Origin: a virus
Lineage: Duplodnaviria > Caudoviricetes
Reading direction: 5' to 3' (one strand)
Virus record (IMG/VR): IMGVR_UViG_3300020207_000023
Span: 1-62,038 of that record
Length of the DNA stretch: 62,038 nt
Shown here in pieces: positions 19,655-27,472 of this stretch. How positions within the stretch are numbered: position 1 is the stretch's first letter; every line of letters starts with the position of its first letter. Made by a program: the position numbers and the translations under genes. The notes beneath the pieces are model-generated. The model saw nothing but the letters and a program-made list of their open reading frames with translations. It was not told the origin of the DNA and ran no database searches.

Positions 19655-20337
19655 TAGGGGTTAGCCCATAAGCACTAGGTTGCCATAGGCTGTGCCGTAT
19701 GTGTTAGCGGTTTGTGCGCTGTAGTTAAAGCCGCCATTAAGCACAGCCGCCACAGCATTTTGGTTGGTTGCCGTGCCAGCCGCCGCATTAACATTGGCAA
19801 ACACACTAGCCGCCCAATGTTGGTGCGCCGCCTGTATTGCCGCCAATGGCACAGGCTTGCCAATGCTGGTTGGCAATTTTGTGCTAATGGCTGGCACGTT
19901 GTAAACGGTAACACCGTTGGCGGTTGTGGTTGGCACACCGTTAACGCACGCCCATAAAATAAGGCCGCGTGCGCTAATGTTGCCAGCCTTGTTTGGTTGC
20001 ATGGTGCGCCACATTGCGCCGCCGCCAAACAAAGTGCCGTTGGCAAGTGCGGCTGGCGTTAATTGCAAGCCCACATTGCCTAAACCGTTGGCCTTAATAA
20101 AGGCCGCCATTGCCGCAACGCTAACCGCGTTTTTAGCACCGTTTGCACCGTTAAAAGCCTGTGCCGCTTGTGTTGTTTTGTTAACCATTGTTAACCCCTT
20201 TTTAGTTAATGTGCGGTAGCACCATTGCCCCGCCCCTATTTTATGCCACAGGTTTAATATGTTTGTAAACCCCTTTTTTACAGTATTGCCAAAATAATTA
20301 TTAGCAACGCCGCCACACTACCAAAAACCAGCGCAAT
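19605..20337. other. 733-bp segment with no GA or TC dinucleotide
   Basis: Line-by-line reading; bounded by GA at 19604-19605 and TC at 20337-20338. Confidence 0.93.
19661..20188 (-). CDS. Asp/Glu-free protein, paralog of 20823-21272
   Basis: 175 aa with no D or E; AAGGGG RBS; motifs collinear with paralog. Confidence 0.85.
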   Translation of the reverse strand: MVNKTTQAAQAFNGANGAKNAVSVAAMAAFIKANGLGNVGLQLTPAALANGTLFGGGAMWRTMQPNKAGNISARGLILWACVNGVPTTTANGVTVYNVPAISTKLPTSIGKPVPLAAIQAAHQHWAASVFANVNAAAGTATNQNAVAAVLNGGFNYSAQTANTYGTAYGNLVLMG

Positions 20338-20340
20338 CAT
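20278..20340 (-). CDS. 20-aa hydrophobic micropeptide MIALVFGSVAALLIIILAIL
   Basis: Hand translation; ATGA overlap with upstream stop. Confidence 0.4.
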   Translation of the reverse strand: MIALVFGSVAALLIIILAIL

Positions 20341-20510
20341 TTGTGCCGCCATGCGCCAATATAGCCGACCATAAAACTGGACAGGCCAATAATAAATAGC
20401 AATGCGCTAATGTAATGGTGGAGGGTTGGGATATTAAATGTGTCCACACTGGTAAACATTAAAAAGATACCAGCCAACATTAAATAACCATAGGTAACGA
20501 TAATAAGCAT
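20337..20510 (-). CDS. 57-aa two-TM membrane protein (absent from ORF track)
   Basis: Hand translation MLIIVTYGYLMLAGIFLMF...IGAWRHK; GGGAG RBS. Confidence 0.6.
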   Translation of the reverse strand: MLIIVTYGYLMLAGIFLMFTSVDTFNIPTLHHYISALLFIIGLSSFMVGYIGAWRHK

Positions 20511-20776
20511 AGCAAACTCCCTTGTTTGTGGTTAGGGGTTTACATTGCCAGCCGCCGCCGCGTCTTGCCAGTGCAAAATTGTCACTGTGATAACATGGGA
20601 AGTCGCGTGATTTCACAAGAGTTCATGACGGTCTTTCGTATTCATATGAGTGTATACGAAAGAGAGATCGTCCAATATCCAAAGGGGACTTATCCATCTA
20701 TCTATCTTATATGCTCATGTATACCGATAAGAGATTCATCTTCGTCACTCTTTGTCAATCAATCAATCCATCAAAT

Positions 20777-20804
20777 AAAAAAAGGGCGACCCGAAGGTCG
20801 CCCT
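20777..20804 (-). terminator. Intrinsic terminator with UUCG loop
   Basis: AGGGCGACC-TTCG-GGTCGCCCT then U-tract on minus strand. Confidence 0.9.
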
Positions 20805-20822
20805 CGTTGGAGGTGGAGTGGC

Positions 20823-21272
20823 TTATGCCGGAATGACATAAAGCTCCACGAAGTTTTTGCCCCATGTCGCTTTCGCGCTGGCTGACTGTCCGCCGTTAAG
20901 AGCGTCAAGCAAAGCATGGAAGCGACGCGCCTTAATTGAGCGGTGAGCCATGTCGACATCCTGCAGGGTGACCGTTTCCTTACCGGAGTTGATCAACTGC
21001 CAGACTACCTTGCCACGCAGGACAGACTTAGGTGAACCGTCTGCGTCATACAAGGTCCGCTTGCTTTCAAAGGGGAATGGCTGTTCCGCCTTTGGGTCAA
21101 CGTCGGCTACAATGCGGACGCCTACATTATTAGGATTCCCGCCAGCGTGTTCCTGGACAAACTTAAAAATGTCCTCGGCCGTAACGCCTTCGCGCTTGCG
21201 CTCATCAGGCAGTTCATTGATGCCTGCAAAAGTGATTTCCTGAGCGACTTTTTTAGTGACTGCTTTAGCCAT
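20823..21272 (-). CDS. Hypothetical protein, normally encoded paralog of 19661-20188
   Basis: Start MAKAVTKK behind TAGAAAGGA; own terminator. Confidence 0.8.
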   Translation of the reverse strand: MAKAVTKKVAQEITFAGINELPDERKREGVTAEDIFKFVQEHAGGNPNNVGVRIVADVDPKAEQPFPFESKRTLYDADGSPKSVLRGKVVWQLINSGKETVTLQDVDMAHRSIKARRFHALLDALNGGQSASAKATWGKNFVELYVIPA

Positions 21273-21305
21273 GATAAGTTCCTTTCTACGAACTTGCGAG
21301 TCCAG

Positions 21306-21360
21306 CACCATTGCTGGCTACCCTTATAGAGTAGCAAATTGACCTTCCTATGTAAACCCC
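21306..21360 (-). promoter_or_regulatory. Putative promoter TTTACA-N17-TACTCT, similar to 20218-20273
   Basis: GGGGTTTACA...AGGG...GCAATGGTGCT shared by both paralog leaders. Confidence 0.55.
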
Positions 21361-21475
21361 TAAATTGTCATAATGATAAAGAAAGATGTCGGCGGGTAGA
21401 ACGGCAGAAGTCCATGGACCTCTCACGACTTCACATGATTTCAGCCGCGATGGACGACGAACGAGGAGCCACTGA

Positions 21476-21901
21476 TCACTCTTCGTCGCTCTTCATCAAT
21501 CTATCGAGGACCTCTGCCCATCCATCTTTGTCCCTCGGCCACTCCATCCTGTAATCGTATGTTGGATCATTATCAATCAATCTCTTTGCAAGGTAGCGTC
21601 CATCCATAAACAATAGGCTCTGGGACGAAGGATGATGAACCAAGTTCCAAACGCATCCACCAACATCAGTTCTTGAGGTCTGCCATGCTATTTGATGAGG
21701 ACGCCACTTAGGGAACTTCTTGTCGGACTTTGTCGTAAGAACCTTTAACTCTACCCAGAAGTCCTTGCCATTCGCGCAACCGTTGACGTCAGGGACGCCT
21801 GGACTCGCCCATGACTCCATCCTTACCCAATGGACGTTTAGGTGGCGTGTTCCGTCCCGTAGGGCTTTCCATAATTTAGACTCAGGTTTCGGTGTTGGCA
21901 C
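21476..21901 (-). CDS. PD-(D/E)XK nuclease (VRR-NUC/Holliday junction resolvase-like)
   Basis: PGVPDV...WVELK...PHQIAW. Confidence 0.75.
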   Translation of the reverse strand: MPTPKPESKLWKALRDGTRHLNVHWVRMESWASPGVPDVNGCANGKDFWVELKVLTTKSDKKFPKWRPHQIAWQTSRTDVGGCVWNLVHHPSSQSLLFMDGRYLAKRLIDNDPTYDYRMEWPRDKDGWAEVLDRLMKSDEE

Positions 21902-22442
21902 TTGGATGAACTTCTATTTCTTGGAAGTTCGCATCTATGGTGGGCTGGGTCGCTTCTACAAGTTGGGGGAACTCTTGCTGTATGCGCCTGATCTCTGCCA
22001 TAACCTCATTGCGATCCATCTGGTCTATCTTGCCCATGAGGATTTCCTTGCGGTCAATGTAAAGTCCTGCGGCTTGGCCTCGTGACTTTTCAGCAGTGAC
22101 AGCGGCGGCGTAGTTCCCATTCTGCAACGCTTGGTCTCTTATCTCTGCCAGCTTCTTTACATGGCTTTCAAAGGTGACTTCAAACTTGTGTTGCAGTTCA
22201 TTCTTGATATCGCGTATGCGTTCCAAAACTTGGGGGTAGTCCCGTCCGTTCAACATACGGCTTGCGATGGCGTGTGCATTGGACTCTGCGTAGCCAGCGC
22301 GAAGTGCGGCCTCAGTTTGCGTAACTTCCTCTGTTGCGTAAATCATTGCAAACTTTTCTTGCTTGGGTGTCAGCCCTACTTCCACCCGAGGGTTAGCAAC
22401 AACGTCCAGAGTATTCTTGTGTGTAACTTTCGCTTTCGGCAT
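21882..22442 (-). CDS. terS: Terminase small subunit
   Basis: LTPKQEKFA..TEAALRAGY HTH; RGQAAGLY. Confidence 0.85.
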   Translation of the reverse strand: MPKAKVTHKNTLDVVANPRVEVGLTPKQEKFAMIYATEEVTQTEAALRAGYAESNAHAIASRMLNGRDYPQVLERIRDIKNELQHKFEVTFESHVKKLAEIRDQALQNGNYAAAVTAEKSRGQAAGLYIDRKEILMGKIDQMDRNEVMAEIRRIQQEFPQLVEATQPTIDANFQEIEVHPSANTET

Positions 22443-22516
22443 AACAACAGTCTACTTTCCTATAATAGTAACCGCAATAGAAATCGACTCTTTTCTAAAA
22501 GTGTAATCTCCAAGCT

Positions 22517-22659
22517 CGCGTAGGGGCTCAAAGTTTTAATCATAATATCACATTACTCACATTAAAGCATTGTTTTTGTTAGATAGCCAGATATCGTATA
22601 TTGTAATATCCGATCGATCACATCACTCGTGATTTCATTTTACCTACTATATATAAAAG
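22517..22659 (-). promoter_or_regulatory. AT-rich element homologous (inverted) to 42407-42526
   Basis: 16-bp perfect inverted match plus equally spaced GATAT motifs. Confidence 0.6.
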
Positions 22660-22783
22660 TGTCCCAATATCACCAGAGAGCCATGATCGGTTGACCATGA
22701 CCCCCTGCCTTTTGTGAATGGTTATTGGTTTTAGAGTGGTGATAGAAGAAGCACGGCTAGTGCGATTAGAGCCATTTCCATGA

Positions 22784-23185
22784 TTACCACCAGCAAGTGT
22801 AGATGACTTTTTGCCCTTTTTCCAGAGCGAGTGTAGCGGCACTACAGAACTCTGTGTCTTGTTCTAGGTAGCGATTGGCTTGCTCCTCTTGAAATTCGTG
22901 GCCGTAGAAGAACCCACCGTGACATTCGTGTTCGGCGAAGTTGTTTTGCACGGCTTCCCATAGGGCTTTGATGTCGTCAAGGTCGAGCTCTAGGTTAGAG
23001 CAGTTGAGTTCTATGGCAGATTCGCCAGTTTTTTGCTCCCAGAGTTTTTCCATAAACTCTTGAAGGCGACTGTGTTTGCGCCAGTAGAAATCGCGGTCGC
23101 TGTTAATGCTGACCCAAGTGTTGCCTTTGTCATCTTGTTCAGATGTTTCAGTGGCGTTGATATAAGCGTTTTGATCAAGTCCCAT
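22784..23185 (-). CDS. Conserved phage early protein
   Basis: MGLDQ...YWRKH motif; GGAGG RBS. Confidence 0.7.
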   Translation of the reverse strand: MGLDQNAYINATETSEQDDKGNTWVSINSDRDFYWRKHSRLQEFMEKLWEQKTGESAIELNCSNLELDLDDIKALWEAVQNNFAEHECHGGFFYGHEFQEEQANRYLEQDTEFCSAATLALEKGQKVIYTCWW

Positions 23186-23196
23186 TGTTACCTCCG

Positions 23197-23343
23197 TTAG
23201 TTAGATGGGTTAATTTCAACAAGTTCGGCTTCGCCGTATTCCACGCACTCGTTACAAGCGGTGGCTTCGTCGCCGTGTAGGTCAACGAGCAGTTCGCACT
23301 CCTCGCAACCGTCAACAGGTTTTGCGTAATAAGTCTTGGACAT
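23197..23343 (-). CDS. 48-aa CxxC...CxxC protein
   Basis: Start MSKTYY behind AACGGAGGTAACA. Confidence 0.6.
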   Translation of the reverse strand: MSKTYYAKPVDGCEECELLVDLHGDEATACNECVEYGEAELVEINPSN

Positions 23344-23378
23344 TGTTACCTCCGTTGGTTGACTCCGTAGGCTACTGC

Positions 23379-23874
23379 CTACCCTTATATAATAAGGTGT
23401 GAGGGGGCAGGAAGTAGCCTTTTTTGTTCGTCTTGATAACATTGTTGTCAGTCCAAAATGAGCAGGATGACGAGTAGACCTATCACACCTAGAATGGAAA
23501 GTAGAATCATGACTGAAACATCTGAACAAGTTGCTCCGCTATTTCACCGATGTAACTAAGGATTGCCCTTTGGTGAGAGGGATGTTCAGCATGGATAATC
23601 TTGCGGCAAAAGTCAAAACCATCACTATCATATGCACCATGCACCATCAGGTAATGCGATATAGTGCCTACCTCTTGTGGTATTTGTATTTCACTGACGA
23701 CAATGTATTCGTCGTCCCACACATCAACTGATGCAACATTTTCGGTCAGCACAGGGTCGTGCATAAAACGGCCTTCCATGACGGATTGCACTTGTTGTAA
23801 GAAATCTGTAGCCATTGCTACCTCCGTTAGTTGATGTAGCCACCATTGGCTACCCTTATATAATAAGGTGTGAG
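23379..23874 (-). repeat. 25-bp direct repeat CTACCCTTATATAATAAGGTGTGAG (23379-23403, 23850-23874), probable early promoter
   Basis: Identical copies, each upstream of a gene. Confidence 0.75.
23507..23815 (-). CDS. Hypothetical early protein
   Basis: 102 aa with GGAGG RBS. Confidence 0.65.
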   Translation of the reverse strand: MATDFLQQVQSVMEGRFMHDPVLTENVASVDVWDDEYIVVSEIQIPQEVGTISHYLMVHGAYDSDGFDFCRKIIHAEHPSHQRAILSYIGEIAEQLVQMFQS

Positions 23875-23907
23875 AGTTTGGGAAGTTGGTCTTTTACTTC
23901 CCGACGA

Positions 23908-23938
23908 CAAAAAAGACGGCCACCGAAGTGACCGCCTT
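23908..23938 (-). terminator. Intrinsic terminator
   Basis: GGCGGTCAC-TTCG-GTGGCCGTC followed by TTTTTT. Confidence 0.75.
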
Positions 23939-24014
23939 CTAAGGGAGGAGGAAAAATGAGTAAGTAGTCTTCTTACACTGTTATCGTTACCCATCTTATC
24001 CAATCCTGCAAGCC

Positions 24015-24242
24015 TCAATTTGGGAGACCGAGATTAGTGGTTGTTTCCAATACCTTATCGGTGAGCCGCCGTGCTCGCTCAGCCGTGACATCATCAATCC
24101 ATGATTCAATGTCATCAGGCTCCATCCCAAGATGTGCTAATTTCGTTGCACAGAGGCGAGCATCAATCTCGCCTTCTATGAACTGGAATTGCACTTCTTC
24201 TTGCTGATCCATCAGCCATGCTTTCACTTTACCCATAATCAA
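24015..24242 (-). CDS. Hypothetical protein
   Basis: MGKVKAWLMD motif common in marine phages. Confidence 0.6.
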   Translation of the reverse strand: MIMGKVKAWLMDQQEEVQFQFIEGEIDARLCATKLAHLGMEPDDIESWIDDVTAERARRLTDKVLETTTNLGLPN

Positions 24243-24526
24243 TCTCCTAATCCGTAAAGTAAATTGTGTAGGTCTGCTGGTTTACTTTTATCCAGCTTCA
24301 ACCTGTAGCCATCCCAGTCGTAATAACCGTGGATGGTGGGCATTTTGCGAAACGACCCTTTGATCACCACCACTTCTTTGATTTGTGTTTCATCGTGATG
24401 CTCAAATAATTTTGCATCAAATGCTTTACGCAGATACCGAGCAATGTCGGAGATCCGTGGGTATATGGGCGTCAGCCATTGACCGTGACTGCCGTGCATA
24501 TAGATTTGTGCGCTGTATCGTGCCAT
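24239..24526 (-). CDS. Hypothetical protein
   Basis: Start MARYSAQ behind AGGAG. Confidence 0.6.
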   Translation of the reverse strand: MARYSAQIYMHGSHGQWLTPIYPRISDIARYLRKAFDAKLFEHHDETQIKEVVVIKGSFRKMPTIHGYYDWDGYRLKLDKSKPADLHNLLYGLGD

Positions 24527-24527
24527 A

Positions 24528-24905
24528 TCAATACTCCTGCGGTAGTAACATCGTGCCATCAATGAGGTAGAACTTCCACTCCCCATCAAACGCATCGGTG
24601 TAGTTAATGTCGCGTTTCCAGAAAACATTACCGTCACCATCATCGGCAGTAATAAGTGCCTTACCGTCTTCAACAATAAGTTTAACAACGACGAACTCTT
24701 CATTGAGATCATTGATCGATGTTGCAACAATATCTAAAAACCAGTAGGCTCCACCGCCGCAGTTATCAGCAAAGAACTGCACACCGTTCGTATATACCAT
24801 CTGCTTGGTAAGGGGAAGGTCATAACGGCGCAGATAATCGGTGCCGCTGAAATGAGCGAGTTGTGTTGCAAACTCGGCTGGTGAAAGTGTTGTTTCAGTA
24901 TTCAT
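24528..24905 (-). CDS. DUF6876-like protein
   Basis: FSGT..YTNGV.FFA...AYWFLD..YTD..MLLPQEY. Confidence 0.7.
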   Translation of the reverse strand: MNTETTLSPAEFATQLAHFSGTDYLRRYDLPLTKQMVYTNGVQFFADNCGGGAYWFLDIVATSINDLNEEFVVVKLIVEDGKALITADDGDGNVFWKRDINYTDAFDGEWKFYLIDGTMLLPQEY

Positions 24906-24914
24906 TGTTACCTC

Positions 24915-25112
24915 CTATTGGAAAAGCAAGTTGTAATCATGGGCGTAAATGAAATCCTCAAAACTGTCAGCAGTTTTGAGTTGCCATATTTTCCATTCAC
25001 ACCGGAATATTTCAGCGGCATCATCATACAAGGTGAATTCCCACCCTGCTTCATGTGCCATTACAGTGACTGTGTCGCCACTGTCTGTTAATGAATAACC
25101 ACCGATAACCAT
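24915..25112 (-). CDS. Hypothetical protein
   Basis: 65 aa with AGGAG RBS. Confidence 0.6.
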   Translation of the reverse strand: MVIGGYSLTDSGDTVTVMAHEAGWEFTLYDDAAEIFRCEWKIWQLKTADSFEDFIYAHDYNLLFQ

Positions 25113-25195
25113 GTTAGACTCCTTTCTGCGAGTTAAGGTTATAGTTTAATATTAAAGTGTGAGTGCTTGAAAGCAAACACTAAATGCTCAAAGAT

Positions 25196-25365
25196 AAAAA
25201 AGGGTGTTCCGTGGATTTGTAGGCAATGATTTAAGGCAGACCCTACTTATGCTCACCGCATCCTGCTTTACAAACATGAACGAGGGACAGGATGGTTAGA
25301 GATCCACGGCCTTGTGTTCCGCGTCGTGCAACGCTAGGACGAGGTCGAACCCTATGCACCCCGCC
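25196..25365 (-). ncRNA. Candidate structured RNA
   Basis: Nested complementary segments closing onto a U-tract. Confidence 0.4.
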
Positions 25366-25392
25366 CAGAAAGGTTAATTGTCTGCGCCCCTC

Positions 25393-25626
25393 TTACCTGA
25401 CTAACTCAAACACTTCGGCATGGTCTAATTCAGGCCATGACCGAATGGTGAGTTTATTACGATCAATAATCCATACCGCACCTTTTTCTTTATGGAAAGA
25501 GATTCGAGCATGGAGGTTATCACTAATGCCAAACGCTTCGCATTCTACGAGCGTTGGGCTCATCCAGTCATAACAAACTATCTGCTCCAGAAGGTCTGGA
25601 GTGCGTTCCAAATCTTGTTTATCCAT
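25393..25626 (-). CDS. Hypothetical protein
   Basis: 77 aa, GAGGAGG RBS. Confidence 0.55.
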   Translation of the reverse strand: MDKQDLERTPDLLEQIVCYDWMSPTLVECEAFGISDNLHARISFHKEKGAVWIIDRNKLTIRSWPELDHAEVFELVR

Positions 25627-25902
25627 TTATTCCTCCTCGGGGTCGCTGTCATAATATGCAGACCGATCAGGGACACCCCAGTCTTTACGGTCTTCTTCGT
25701 TTTCGTATCCATAACGATACTCCTCAATTTGTGCTGGTGTCATAGAGCTTTGTTCAATCCGCTCACTGCCGTAGGTTCTACCCACATAGTAATGAGGTTC
25801 AAAACGTCGGCCGTAATAAGCATCAGCACTGCCACGATCCTGTGGGCTACCATGACGCGGTAGCCCATCAGTTACAATATTAGGCTTGGAGAGACTGGTC
25901 AT
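25627..25902 (-). CDS. Conserved small phage protein
   Basis: HGSPQDRGSADAYYGR..PHYY motif. Confidence 0.7.
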   Translation of the reverse strand: MTSLSKPNIVTDGLPRHGSPQDRGSADAYYGRRFEPHYYVGRTYGSERIEQSSMTPAQIEEYRYGYENEEDRKDWGVPDRSAYYDSDPEEE

Positions 25903-26107
25903 TGGTCACCCCGCCGTTTTCCATTATGTGTTCTTCAACGAACAGCATGGCTTCCCGATGCACATCAGGATACCGTGCTTTTACATAAGTGTGGAACAAG
26001 GATACCTCAGCATACATACGAGCTAATGTATAAATGTCCCGCGCTACAGACTCAACATCAGCACCAACTTTGCTGAAGTGATCCATGGTTTGTGGTTCAT
26101 CAATCAT
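25880..26107 (-). CDS. Hypothetical protein
   Basis: TAGAAAGGAG leader. Confidence 0.6.
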   Translation of the reverse strand: MIDEPQTMDHFSKVGADVESVARDIYTLARMYAEVSLFHTYVKARYPDVHREAMLFVEEHIMENGGVTNDQSLQA

Positions 26108-26154
26108 GGCAAGCTCCTTTCTACAAACTAAATGCCATAGTTAATAATAGCGGT

Positions 26155-26469
26155 TTACACCTCTTTGGCAAGTCTTTTTGCTTCACGCTTGGCAATAGCC
26201 AAGACGCGTTGCCGACTGATGTTATAACGCTCACCAATGCTCTGAAGCGTTTCCTTGAGGTTATACCGCCTATGCCATATATCATGATTCCGTTCGGCTT
26301 GTTTGGGCGAACCAGAGGGGTTGCCCACCCTACCGTCAGGAATATCCAGTTTATATCGCATAGACCATGCGCGAGCGGTCTGGTATGAATAGCCTAACCG
26401 CTCGGCAAAGTCTTTCCAGCTGGTGGATTGTGCCGCCGCTTCGCGGATCCACTGTTCTTTATTTTCCAT
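26155..26469 (-). CDS. HTH DNA-binding protein
   Basis: TLQSIGERYNISRQRVLAI helix-turn-helix. Confidence 0.7.
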   Translation of the reverse strand: MENKEQWIREAAAQSTSWKDFAERLGYSYQTARAWSMRYKLDIPDGRVGNPSGSPKQAERNHDIWHRRYNLKETLQSIGERYNISRQRVLAIAKREAKRLAKEV

Positions 26470-26746
26470 CCTGTGCCTCCCAATACTCATCCGATCTATC
26501 GTAAGGATGCTTGGGGGTGCTGGAATCACCAGAGCGCATCTTAGTGACGGTGCGCTCCTTAACAGGTTTTTCATGGAAGGACTGCACATAATTGAACAGC
26601 CCCTCCAGTTCTTCAAAGACCATCGGTTTGGAGAGCATTGGTCCGTGGAGCACCCATATTGTATCGGTTTCCGTTAGCGACAATGCTCCCCCGCAGTCCG
26701 AGGTATTAGCCTTGTAGATTTCCCACTCAGGCTTCATGAGAACCAC
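26459..26746 (-). CDS. Hypothetical protein
   Basis: ORF overlapping both neighbours. Confidence 0.5.
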   Translation of the reverse strand: MVLMKPEWEIYKANTSDCGGALSLTETDTIWVLHGPMLSKPMVFEELEGLFNYVQSFHEKPVKERTVTKMRSGDSSTPKHPYDRSDEYWEAQDGK

Positions 26747-27021
26747 CGTTTAATGCGCTCCCATAAACTCAAGCTGGCTTCATGTTTCTGCGCTTTGTTG
26801 TTGAACATATCAACAGACATGGTAATTGGACCACTGTCAACCACAGATTTATCTGGGGGGAATGGTAAGTATTCCTCTTTAAAGGAATACAGGATATAAC
26901 TCAGTTGGTTTTGGCTGAGTTTGAACTTTTTCTTAAGTTCTTTGTGGGTCAGCTTTTGTTCCTTCCGTGCGGTTAGCACATCAAGAATAAACTGATCGGT
27001 GTATTTTTGCTTACGAGCCAT
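26734..27021 (-). CDS. Putative HTH protein
   Basis: THKELKKKFKLSQNQLSYIL; AGGAG RBS. Confidence 0.55.
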   Translation of the reverse strand: MARKQKYTDQFILDVLTARKEQKLTHKELKKKFKLSQNQLSYILYSFKEEYLPFPPDKSVVDSGPITMSVDMFNNKAQKHEASLSLWERIKRWFS

Positions 27022-27463
27022 TGTTTTCTCTCCTTGCTCTAAGAATGCGCTCAGCGCGGTCAATACCCTGAGGGGTAATCTGGTAGTAGAACGGTGACAC
27101 ATTGCCAATCCTTACAAGGTCGCCGCGTGTAGCGAGCGAATACAGGATTTTAGATGGGTCATCTACAGGTTGGTCTTGGAAATCCTTACCGCACATACTC
27201 GCCCTGCTCAGGTAGAAAGCCACCAGTATATCGGCTGAAGCTCCTGTAGTGATAATCCTACTGAAAGCTCTTTTAGGTTTCATTTTAATCGGCGTCACCT
27301 CAGGGCTAGGAAGTGCTAATGGAAGGGTTTTTTCCTTGCCAATGTTTTTGAGGAGCCATTTGATTTGCATCGCAATACTACGGCACTCTTCCTCAGCCAT
27401 TTGAGACAGAATGTTGTAGGTTTGGATGTCAATCGCTACAGATTTGTGAGTATTTGTGTCCAT
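27011..27463 (-). CDS. Ribbon-helix-helix plus winged-helix DNA-binding protein
   Basis: HKSVAI..TY..L...A....RSIAMQI; YQITPQG. Confidence 0.6.
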   Translation of the reverse strand: MDTNTHKSVAIDIQTYNILSQMAEEECRSIAMQIKWLLKNIGKEKTLPLALPSPEVTPIKMKPKRAFSRIITTGASADILVAFYLSRASMCGKDFQDQPVDDPSKILYSLATRGDLVRIGNVSPFYYQITPQGIDRAERILRARRENNGS

Positions 27464-27472
27464 TTCTTTCTC

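Noticed and set aside
19675-20219. Several overlapping ORFs in other frames
   Set aside because: By-product of missing TGA/TCA; only 19661-20188 has an RBS and a paralog.
19605-20337. GA/TC absence explained by amino-acid bias, low complexity or UV avoidance
   Set aside because: It extends into non-coding flanks, synonymous positions and codon junctions; sequence is complex; TT, CT and CC dipyrimidines remain.
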